A DNA stretch of 60,805 nt, counting the filler, from Globobulimina sp. (taxonomy: Eukaryota): the NCBI GenBank assembly GCA_003354225.1. It is 8 parts of 8 records of this genome, joined end to end, with 100 filler letters (N's around TTAATTAATTAA, not from the genome) between each part and the next. Parts side by side here need not be neighbours in the genome. Positions count along the whole stretch, not along the records: positions 45,725 to 53,215 come from PIVH01000150.1; positions 53,316 to 60,805 come from PIVH01000151.1; 6 more parts are not named here. One strand, given 5' to 3'. Shown piece by piece: positions 48,701 to 56,936 of this stretch; position 1 is the first letter of the stretch, and each line of letters opens with the position of its first letter. Position numbers and translations under genes: made by a program. Below the pieces are notes generated by a model that had not been told where the DNA came from, did no database searches, and saw only the letters and a program-made list of their open reading frames with translations.

Positions 48701-51011
48701 GCAAATGGCTATTGCTTGTTTAGACAAACAATTAATTAGACGATTAGCAGTTATAAAAAATAAATTATATTTCGAATATATACTGCAAAGATGTCCTATA
48801 GAAAAATATCAAGAAAATAAAGACCAATTTACAGCCCAATGGATAGCTGAACATTATAAACAATTCATATTATGTATAATGAGGAGAAATTTAGCCATGA
48901 GTGCTTTATGTGGTAAAATTGGCGCTGAAGAACTAACCCCAAAATTTTTAATCTCTGATAAAAATTTGGGTATTGGTTATGACGCTAATACAGAAAATAT
49001 ATATTTAAATCAATTAGAAATAAATTCAGCTGGCTCAAATTTACTAGGCAAAATTGTACATGATTTATGTGCAGATTCAAAAGATAATTATTTAAAATTA
49101 GACAAAAATAATAAAGATCAAACAGATATAGAATTTAAGCAATATTGTGAATATTGGAGTATTATGGATACTAAAGATAATGAAATAATAAGTAATGCTA
49201 GATTAGCAGCAATCAGAAATAATATATGGATTAAAAGCGTTACGTTAGTAGGCGATTACGACAATATAAGAAAAGAAAGATTATCGTTCGCAGATAAACA
49301 ATTTGAACCAAATATGAAATTAATAGAAGCTCCTTGGATAACAAAAATATCAAGATCGGAATTGAAAGAAGTCCAAAAAGGGGTTAGAAAGAAATATAGA
49401 GAAAATTCAAATGAATATAAAAAAGAATTAGAAATACAATTGCAACTGTTACGAAAAGAAAAAATCGAACATGATGCAATTAAATTATCAGAATCAGATA
49501 CAAGTAGTACGGATTTATTTAATCCAATGTCAGTAATATTAGGTAAAAGTTCTGCAACAGATTTAGATCCTGATATAGAAATATTAGATAAAGTAGATGA
49601 TGATAATTCAGGACAAAATTTAGATTTAGATAGAAATGTTCTAAGTGCAGCTTCATCTGCAAGTTATGATGGAGAGGATGTATTTAGAAAACCAGAGCCA
49701 TGGGAATTTCAGAGAAAATCACGAGGTCTAAGAAGAGGTGGGAGATATCCTAGAGGAAACGATAGGATCTCGCCTCCTTTTCGACCACCTCCACAAGATC
49801 AAGATGATAGAAGATCAACATCACGAGATAGATATGATTCAGAAAAACCTGCTTATTCCTTTGTAAATAGAGGTGGACATCAAGTACAATGGTCTGCAGC
49901 AAAAATTTTTGGTTTATCCAAACGAAAGACATATGGATCACAAGATAGTATAACCTCAGATGAACATAAATTTCAGAAAATTATGAGTGCAACAGAAAAA
50001 TTAGATATAGCTAAAGGCAGATGCAGAAAAATTCCATATAAAAGAGAGTTCAATGAAGACTTTCAATATCATAACAAAACATTCTTAGATATAACAGCAT
50101 TTTATATAGATAAAGATGTACACGGTGATAAATGCAAAAATATAGACGGAGCAGATATAAAAGGGATACCTATAATCCCTTTACCATTAGAAATTATGGC
50201 AGATAGAAAAGGTATTAATAAATTTGGACCTAGATATGATACAAGAATAACATATAAAATGCCAGGTAATTTGCAATTATCAATAATAGGAGATTCAACA
50301 ACATATGGATTAGAATATGTTCTAGATCTTACAGCAAAAGAATCTGAAGTAAAACCCAATGTACATTATTTAGGCATGAAATCATCAGGAAGTGCCTTAT
50401 TAAGTTGTAGAGTCAGACAAATGGCACCCGTTATCCCTGCATTAACAATGGGAGACGAGGATGTCATTGTGATAAAAGGCATATTAGATTTAGCAGATAT
50501 TGTACATACATATTATGGTGCAGGTAAAGTCCAAGATTCTTGGAAACCTTTTGTAGATGAAATGGCAGCAGATATATCTAGAATTACACACAATATACAT
50601 GGTATACATAACAATGTATTAATGCTGATTAATTTTACAACACCAATATTATCAAATAAAAATTATATGACAGATAATAATGATCCTGGATTTTTGATAT
50701 TAATCCAGGAAATAGAAAATTATTTAGCAGATAGAGTAAATGAATTATCAAGACAATTTAAAATTCCAGTTAGATATATTATGCTTGCTTCAGCAATTAT
50801 AGAACAAACCTATAAATTAAAAAAAGAAGCTGAAAAGGAAGCACAAGAACTAATTTCAATAGAAGATTCCTTAGGTAAATTTGTATCAGGTATTAAATTG
50901 ACAAGAAATGGAAACAAGATTTTGGCCAATGAAATATTTAGAGAAATGGTCACTGGTTGGACCTCTTTTGTTGATGCGAAGATTTTATCCGGAAAGAAGT
51001 CGGAAAACTAG
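45747..51011 (+). CDS. LINE ORF1 (1754 aa): repeats, coiled coil, NADAR-like domain (about 48560-49080), SGNH-like domain (about 50270-50960)
   Basis: NADAR-like CPFNFDY..SYHSFNHYIMMQMA..DKNLGIG..GSNLLGKIVHDL; SGNH-like SIIGDST..SGIKLTRNGNKILANEI. Confidence 0.85.
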   Translation: MIYLERQINKSEVLPFRQDQMLHKPENVKTYSNIRGVNTVEINTLVRVYLQKLKGKIESSGKKGEFWADDGHKQHEKRKNPQKLQRKQESKERIGRSEAVSILIFLNSKFICCQNHQYMRVCKMSKSETKNKLGNNRNDRYSSRSSSRKGYSSVRKTTVKTKSKLILKFENAEKVKTENGTLSVSSQDSKANIGYIKTMRKSLKRQRYADNKTIKNVVENLLDNVEDKLNSSEGDVGNNVELIEEIINITPIGARPYQSTPNTISSILIGSRTVDHNSLGIRDLIPNTVWTPYIVDYNADKSNQNINCTPNTVSTSNMVDYNVDTLNQNINVTTNMIDNINRTSKIVCTPNKVRTLNTVDDNNLSQIDVTVDNMSYVLNNISDTSHIYDDILELPCTPDNTIIQIEADTPRKGPQRQIRMYHLVINKLAAIEIELKLKPETEIDKVTDQIIRDTLIEIDAIYRNVELFDIENSIILCKQINNKLNKLDDIIYGILEKIGVKTKNHICDELGNMNLSFCELKNLNISGMDKEKDPNLETTTSSGTAAVGDPELTEATNSMSTAAITTESQKNVDKNVENLTTDNTTESEMTDETATEDTNNFDKSASIRAIPENPHMYPDFLERYVYPTSLTEFLDDINTGKDYIYETDEGKKYRMKNNTPPIDILDMSVKDKELNDLRAHFITQVAWLMGYESEEGRIHINNNTAIIRKIRTFIDECCEKSTLPVQGTHMAAILKTIEDHQILSMSKSMDTDETLLKTIKELTQMILRNNESVFTINKAIRTTISNQKKVENNIKAVSTSVSVEHSEQKKKNDVFTLNFTKMSKQLEQLNLDNIKYKKENVELKAEVEKNKSELGKIKVLIGQLSGTSIQQQRPVSAPTTPSVHTKNIEDLKIEIEKNRTEMGNIRMMIGQLSGVQQQRPEPTPIIPPVEEMPQLRDKKDILIGGCKGCPFNFDYLTEIRIVTKMTEDAKDEFVSYHSFNHYIMMQMAIACLDKQLIRRLAVIKNKLYFEYILQRCPIEKYQENKDQFTAQWIAEHYKQFILCIMRRNLAMSALCGKIGAEELTPKFLISDKNLGIGYDANTENIYLNQLEINSAGSNLLGKIVHDLCADSKDNYLKLDKNNKDQTDIEFKQYCEYWSIMDTKDNEIISNARLAAIRNNIWIKSVTLVGDYDNIRKERLSFADKQFEPNMKLIEAPWITKISRSELKEVQKGVRKKYRENSNEYKKELEIQLQLLRKEKIEHDAIKLSESDTSSTDLFNPMSVILGKSSATDLDPDIEILDKVDDDNSGQNLDLDRNVLSAASSASYDGEDVFRKPEPWEFQRKSRGLRRGGRYPRGNDRISPPFRPPPQDQDDRRSTSRDRYDSEKPAYSFVNRGGHQVQWSAAKIFGLSKRKTYGSQDSITSDEHKFQKIMSATEKLDIAKGRCRKIPYKREFNEDFQYHNKTFLDITAFYIDKDVHGDKCKNIDGADIKGIPIIPLPLEIMADRKGINKFGPRYDTRITYKMPGNLQLSIIGDSTTYGLEYVLDLTAKESEVKPNVHYLGMKSSGSALLSCRVRQMAPVIPALTMGDEDVIVIKGILDLADIVHTYYGAGKVQDSWKPFVDEMAADISRITHNIHGIHNNVLMLINFTTPILSNKNYMTDNNDPGFLILIQEIENYLADRVNELSRQFKIPVRYIMLASAIIEQTYKLKKEAEKEAQELISIEDSLGKFVSGIKLTRNGNKILANEIFREMVTGWTSFVDAKILSGKKSEN
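46527..46860 (+). repeat. Degenerate coding repeats (about 72-75 bp unit) in ORF1
   Basis: ccgaata starts at 46527, 46602, 46674 and 46794; PNTV..VDYN..NQNIN peptide units. Confidence 0.75.
48260..48540 (+). repeat. About 144-bp internal duplication in ORF1 coiled coil
   Basis: EKNKSELGKIKVLIGQLSG..QQQRP vs EKNRTEMGNIRMMIGQLSG.QQQRP. Confidence 0.8.
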
Positions 51012-53215
51012 ATAAGGTCAGTACAATAACTAGTTTTCACAATAATCGAAACATTAATAATACTCATATTTCAGATGCTCAGAATATAAACAAACCACAA
51101 AGATGGTTCAAAGAAAAAAGATCCAAAGATAAGAAATTATATTTGGATCAAAATATTGATATATTATATAATAATGTATTATCTATGAATTCTAAAATAG
51201 ATATTATAAATGAACATTTAAAAGAAATAAATATAGATATTATATGTTGTGTTGAAACAAGATACAAAAACATACTAGACACACATAAAATACAGGGATA
51301 TGATAGTTTCCACAAAATGCAACCTGATTGCAAAACAGGAGGTATTAGTGTATGGGCAAAAGTAGATTCTAAATCTACTAGATTAGATATCGATGATATA
51401 GACGACGAAATTGCGACAAATTATTTATGGATATTATGTCAAAATAGAAATATGACTGCTATATGTACTGTATATTTAAGAAACCAAGGAGATAAAAAGG
51501 CTATGGATACAAATACTAAAATATGTCAAAGACTAGCACAGCATATTAACTGGTGCAAAATTAGGAATTATAATATTATAATAATAGGTGATTTCAATGG
51601 ACATATCGGAAACGATGATTTAGGAATTAGTAATAATCATGAAGCAATAAATAGTAATGGCCATATTGTACGTAATTTTATTAAAAATACAAATATGATA
51701 TTGGCAAATAACGATAAAGAAACCTCAGGTACATGGACTTGGGGATATCGTAGAAAGAACACTAAACCTCAAATACTAGACTTAATATTAAGGAGCGAAA
51801 AAGTCATAAATTTCGACACTATTATAGACGAAGAAAATATTAGATATGGAAATGGAAATAAAGACCATTGTTTTATATATGGAAAATTTAGAGTAAAATT
51901 TAAACCTCTAGATGAAACCATTAAAAGTAAAAAACAAAGATGGAATATTAAAGATGACACAGATTGGATCCCTTTTAAAGAGAATATTAAAATAAACTTA
52001 GAAAATAGACAAAAACTAAACGATATTGATGAGACTGAAATAATAGATATTATAGGAAAATCGGGAGAAGATACAATAGGATATAAAAGTGATAAAATAA
52101 AAAAACCTAGAGAATCAAAACAAATCCAACAAATTTCTCTGGAGATTAGAAATATTAGAAAGAAATTACGCCATAAATTAGAATTTAAAGGGAATTTAAT
52201 TAATGAATTATTTATGAAAATAAGAGAAAAAAAACAAATAATAATGAGGGCAGAAATGGCTAGAATAGAAAAAGCACATGATAAATGGATTAAAAACCCT
52301 AAAAGAAAATTTCATCAATTATACGATACTATGAAAACTCTAAAACGAGGAGTAGTAGAAAAAGTTACATTGATAGATGAAGATAAGAATCCAATTATAG
52401 GTGAAGAGAAGATTAAAACTCATATAGCAGAATTTTGGACTGATATATTTACTCTAGGTATATGGCCTGAGGCCAATGATAATATGAAAAGATTAGGACT
52501 CAGTAATATTATCAATGGTGCAGATAAATTAGATTTAGAAAATGAAATAACAACTAAAGAATTAAAAGAAGCAATCAATAAATTAAAAAATAATACATCA
52601 TCCGGTTCAACGAATTTACCACCAGAATTTCTCAAAAATTGGCCAATAGAAATGATAGAAACAGTAAAAGTATTATTTAATAAATGGTATGATACAAGCT
52701 ATTTTCCAGATATAGGTAAAACCCAAGAAGTGACATTATTACACAAAAAAGGTTCAAAAAGTAAAATTAAAAATTACAGAACCCTAAGTTTAGGATGTAA
52801 TCTCTGTAAATTATATTTACATATATTAACGAAGAGATTGGAGTCAATTACAGAAAAGAAAAATATATTAGGATATATCCAACATGGATTTAGAGCAAAT
52901 AAGAGAATTGAAGATTGTATATTGGTTATTCAACATACAATACAAAGAGCTAGAAAATTAAGAGCATCAGAATCTCCAACTATAGCATTATTAGATATAT
53001 GTAAAGCATATGATAGAGTTTGGAGAGAAGGATTATGGAAAAAATTAAGAGAATATGGCTTTCCAGATAAATTAGTAGATGCAATCAAGAGTAGCTACCA
53101 AAATCCAGGAGCTACTATAACATTCCAAGGTATAAAAACTGACAGACTAAAAATGCCAGTAGGATTAAGACAAGGTTGTACAATGTCTCCAACCTTATGG
53201 GCATTATATATATCA
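51002..53215 (+). CDS. LINE ORF2 (APE + RT), no ATG upstream of the endonuclease, 3' partial
   Basis: Frame open from 50975; ILYNN, VETR, GDFNGH, KDH, DICKAYDRV and GLRQGCTMSP. Confidence 0.92.
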
Positions 53216-53315
53216 NNNNNNNNNNNNNNNNNNNNNNNNNNNNNNNNNNNNNNNNNNNNTTAATTAATTAANNNNNNNNNNNNNNNNNNNNNNNNNNNNN
53301 NNNNNNNNNNNNNNN
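53216..53315. other. Artificial contig-join spacer
   Basis: N44-TTAATTAATTAA-N44. Confidence 0.98.
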
Positions 53316-53427
53316 AGCCAATTGGTCAACCAGTCAATGGTCACTCAACACCAATTGGTCCATCTCAAAGGGCGATAGCCAGTCATTTCCTGTTCAGAGT
53401 GACCAGCGACTGGTTGACCAATTGGCT
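53316..53427. repeat. 31-bp inverted repeat (29/31 match) with 50-nt loop
   Basis: 53316-53346 agccaattggtcaaccagtcaatggtcactc vs the reverse complement of 53397-53427. Confidence 0.85.
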
Positions 53428-53504
53428 TGCACGTTTCGATTGCCCTCGGGCTATTGATTGTGGGTATATAAAATCATGTTTTCTATAATATATTGATTAT
53501 CGAG

Positions 53505-53948
53505 ATGACTTCGATGGAAACGTTTACTAGCTGTGTCAATAATATAGTTCTAAATTTGTACAGCGATTGTGACGATATTTTATCGCACCTGGAGATACTA
53601 CAAACTGTAAATAATAAAGGTAGTACTTGTAAATAGTCATAAATAATTTTCATTTTACTTATTTTAGAAAATTCATTGTTTGTACAATTGGAATCAAAAT
53701 TAAATTTTATTAAAGAAATTGAAACAATCAGAATCGCTATAAGAAAACTGAAAAATGATTTGGCCTTGGATTATGTTGTAATTTATTATGAAATCGAAGG
53801 CCGATATGAATTAATTTTGAGCAGGACAGATAATGACAGATACTTGATGGAAAGCAATCATCAATACTTGGATGATAAGATTATGGTTACAAATTTAGAT
53901 GATTTAGAAAAGCTATTTAATGACCTTGAACAATATATTTCATGTTAA
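53505..53948 (+). CDS. Two-exon hypothetical protein (131 aa) of the Polinton-like element
   Basis: TATATAAAA at 53465 and ATG at 53505. A stop-containing GT..TTTTAG intron at 53620-53667 joins in frame to ORF 53676. Confidence 0.6.
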
Positions 53949-53949
53949 T

Positions 53950-54393
53950 CTAATTATATAACCAATTACAAACAACCTCAGAAAATTTTTGATCGCTGTT
54001 TCGATGAGACAATAAAATTATTTTGAATTCATTTTGCCAACTGCTGTCATGATTCAAACGAGTAAACGGATCAAAATCTCTAAAAAAATCGATAACCAAT
54101 TTGAAATCTATATTTTTTTCTTCGATTTTCAATACGAACTCATCCATCACTCGGCGTCGAGGAACTGCTTCTACAATTTCTGGTAAATAATGATTCAAAA
54201 TTTCGTTGAGAGGAGTTGACAAGCAAAGGTCATGGTCGCGCTGCGATAATCTGTTGTAGATGCAACCCGGACAGTTTTGTCGAACCACAGATATTATAGA
54301 AATTTTGCTTTCTACAGATGCAAAGAATAGATCTTTAACAGTTAGTTCCATTGGTTCGTTCTCACTGAGAGCAGCGCTAGCAGCCATTGTCAT
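53950..54393 (-). CDS. Small hypothetical protein with CxxC..HxxC Zn-binding-like motif
   Basis: CPGCIYNRLSQRDHDLC; TATATATA about 42 nt upstream (54435-54442). Confidence 0.7.
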   Translation of the reverse strand: MTMAASAALSENEPMELTVKDLFFASVESKISIISVVRQNCPGCIYNRLSQRDHDLCLSTPLNEILNHYLPEIVEAVPRRRVMDEFVLKIEEKNIDFKLVIDFFRDFDPFTRLNHDSSWQNEFKIILLSHRNSDQKFSEVVCNWLYN

Positions 54394-54470
54394 AGATACA
54401 GAGACAATAATTGAATACCATCACAGGAAGCAACTATATATACATGTTCATACCCTATGGCTAAGTTTTT

Positions 54471-55244
54471 CTAAGTTCGCATATTTATAATATCTTTTTC
54501 ACGAAAATATATACTCGATCTGGCAAAAGTATGATCATAATCGCTCATCATTACACATTCTTGTAAATATGTGTTATCAATTGCTAATTGCTTTGGCAAA
54601 ACTTCTCTGCACAAAGAAGTTAATGTAGGAAAAGATACGCTTGGCTGGAAATGATATTCTTTCATTTGACCCGTTATCATTATGTGCATATAAGTATTCT
54701 TTCTCAAATATCCATGTACTGAATTATGTATTTTGGTTTGTAACCTATATATGGCAGGGATGGGACTATCATCACACTCTTGCACAAAATAAAGACTTAA
54801 ATTATTATCTTTAACGCCATAACCTATAGAGAAACGGATATTCGAATTGATAGTTATTGGAGTGAAGCAGTTATTTAGCAGCCAGTTCGCTACTATACCT
54901 CCATACTGCTCATTGACAATTAGTCGAGAATTAGCATCGTTTTCATCGGATACCAATCGAAAAGTTTGTAAAAATGGCTTGCTATCGCATATGATAGGCT
55001 GGTGGATAAATGCTTCTCTCAAGGGTAAAATTTTATATGGGAATTTTTTTACATTTGTAATGCCAATATCTAAATCTCCACAATAATTTGTTTCAAAGGT
55101 ATACAACTGTCCAGGCAATATTATTTCTTTTGAATTTATCACAGCCCAAGTATTAGAAAGTAGATTCGTAGGGCAAAATGTTGTATCACCATTTTCTTTT
55201 TTTACTATAGAAACATAACGAGGAATGCCCGGAACAAAATCCAT
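54471..55244 (-). CDS. Beta-rich protein with C-terminal BC/SOCS-box-like motif (paralog A)
   Basis: VSFPTLTSLCREVLP; paralogous to 55346-56338. Confidence 0.7.
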   Translation of the reverse strand: MDFVPGIPRYVSIVKKENGDTTFCPTNLLSNTWAVINSKEIILPGQLYTFETNYCGDLDIGITNVKKFPYKILPLREAFIHQPIICDSKPFLQTFRLVSDENDANSRLIVNEQYGGIVANWLLNNCFTPITINSNIRFSIGYGVKDNNLSLYFVQECDDSPIPAIYRLQTKIHNSVHGYLRKNTYMHIMITGQMKEYHFQPSVSFPTLTSLCREVLPKQLAIDNTYLQECVMMSDYDHTFARSSIYFREKDIINMRT

Positions 55245-55280
55245 GGAGAAATAAAAATTGCAACCCCCAGGGGCTTTTGC

Positions 55281-55290
55281 TATATATATA
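55281..55290. promoter_or_regulatory. Palindromic TATA element between divergent paralogs
   Basis: TATATATATA between ATGs at 55244(-) and 55346(+). Confidence 0.6.
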
Positions 55291-55345
55291 ATAACCAAGC
55301 AGCGCGCGCACCAAGCAGATGCTGCAATGGCGTTAAAGTGACAAG

Positions 55346-56338
55346 ATGGAGTTTATATGTACAAATCCTCAGGCTGTCTGTATCACTAAGGACAATGAGG
55401 GTACGACCAAATTTATACCTATCCCAAGACCTCAGAATTGTTTTGGAAGGTTTTGTCAAATAAAAGCAACGACGCCAATGGTCGAAGGAGTGCTGTATCA
55501 TTTTCGTACAAAAAATATAAGTTTAAACTTATCTATTACTAATGAAGTAGGGGAAATGAAAAGGTGTAGGTCATCATATTGTGATCGAGACATGGTAGCG
55601 AAGTACTGGATTCCAACCACAAAATTTACACTTTCATTTCGAGTACTTTTATGTCCCTATCATAAAAGACCTATTATTGTATCTAATACTAGGTATGGCA
55701 AAATGCGTGTAATGGATTCTTGTCGTACACATGTATACGATATTCCAATTAATAGAGATGTGGAAAATAGATATGCTGTAGGTTATTGCATTGATGATCA
55801 CAATTTGTATTATTATTTTATTTTGGAAAACAATATAGAAAATACAGTTGTGTATAGAATAAATGTAGGACTGAACCGATATATGGTTGATGTATTGAAA
55901 AATGACCCTCCTCAAATATATCTATTTATGGGATTTTTTGAACAACGTGAATCTATAGAAATGCTGGCTATTGAAGTACCCTTCCCTTCTTTGACTAGTT
56001 TGGCACTGAAATCGGTACCAGAAAAACTTAAAGAGTGTTTGAAGGAAACGGTTTTTCGTAGCATATTAAAAACTGGGATGGATTGCGCTTTTTCTAAATC
56101 TAACTATTACATACCAGAAAAAGATATTAAATATAGATTTAGAGGAAAGACAAGAACTGAAGGATTTTATAACTTATGTTATTACTGTCATCAAGAAGAA
56201 CACGCCTTTACAGACGAAGAGGGTGACAATGAATTTATTCCCAGCAAGTTAAAATCTACACTTCGGAACAGACGTATGAAACGTTGGCACCCCGATCGTC
56301 CTAGGGCATTTAATTCTCACTACGGTCCTGTTTACTGA
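55346..56338 (+). CDS. Beta-rich protein with BC/SOCS-box-like motif (paralog B)
   Basis: VPFPSLTSLALKSVP; shares blocks with paralog A. Confidence 0.7.
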   Translation: MEFICTNPQAVCITKDNEGTTKFIPIPRPQNCFGRFCQIKATTPMVEGVLYHFRTKNISLNLSITNEVGEMKRCRSSYCDRDMVAKYWIPTTKFTLSFRVLLCPYHKRPIIVSNTRYGKMRVMDSCRTHVYDIPINRDVENRYAVGYCIDDHNLYYYFILENNIENTVVYRINVGLNRYMVDVLKNDPPQIYLFMGFFEQRESIEMLAIEVPFPSLTSLALKSVPEKLKECLKETVFRSILKTGMDCAFSKSNYYIPEKDIKYRFRGKTRTEGFYNLCYYCHQEEHAFTDEEGDNEFIPSKLKSTLRNRRMKRWHPDRPRAFNSHYGPVY

Positions 56339-56842
56339 TTACATTATTGTACATTTTTTCTCATAATTAAAAGTTTGTCGTTGTATTTCATCAAACGAGC
56401 CATTTGACTGAATCCACTCCATCAGTTTCGTATTAATACATACACAAACGGAATCTACAATAATTCCAATTAACTGGGGCATACATTCATAAACGCAATG
56501 AAGTGAAACATATCCGGCCACCGAGAATAATACAACAATTCGCCCCCACGTTATTTTCTCTTCAATTAATGAATCCACAAATCCAAACAAATTTAAACGC
56601 ACAGTGTTATCTGTAAAATCGAGTGTTTTTACAAATTCATCCAATTCTTTTGTATGAGCTAATTCGAAATCATAAGCAAGTTTACGAAATCTTAAATGGG
56701 TTGGTGTGATTGGACCAATTTGTTGATATCCTTCCCATTCGTATTCAATAAGACTCAACCGCCACTTGACATAATCAGTAACCAATGACACCCCCTCATC
56801 TATGTAGCCATCTAACTCATCATCACTTTTAGTACCTTCCAT
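56339..56842 (-). CDS. Bcl-2 family protein with C-terminal CaaX motif
   Basis: BH4 LVTDYVKWRL, BH3 LRFRKLAYDFE, BH1 ITWGRIVVLFSVAG and BH2 EWIQSNGSF; ends KKCTIM-stop. Likely ATG at 56842. Confidence 0.88.
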   Translation of the reverse strand: MEGTKSDDELDGYIDEGVSLVTDYVKWRLSLIEYEWEGYQQIGPITPTHLRFRKLAYDFELAHTKELDEFVKTLDFTDNTVRLNLFGFVDSLIEEKITWGRIVVLFSVAGYVSLHCVYECMPQLIGIIVDSVCVCINTKLMEWIQSNGSFDEIQRQTFNYEKKCTIM

Positions 56843-56889
56843 GGCGACTAATTTGTCATGTAATGGCAAAATGTAGTGGGAGATGATGG

Positions 56890-56897
56890 TATATATA
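56890..56897. promoter_or_regulatory. Palindromic TATA element between divergent Bcl-2 and integrase genes
   Basis: TATATATA roughly midway between ATGs at 56842(-) and 56937(+). Confidence 0.55.
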
Positions 56898-56936
56898 GCT
56901 GAATTGAAGCAACATGACATAAGTGAAACTGTCAAA

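Larger units (their letters stand above)
45725..53215 (+). mobile_element. Second non-LTR retrotransposon of the same family as 30495-38011
   Basis: ORF2 blocks are nearly identical between the two elements (FWTDIFTLGIWPEANDNMKR vs FWNDIFTLGIWPEANDEMKR; HGFRANKRIEDCILVIQHT). ORF1 architecture is the same. Confidence 0.92.
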
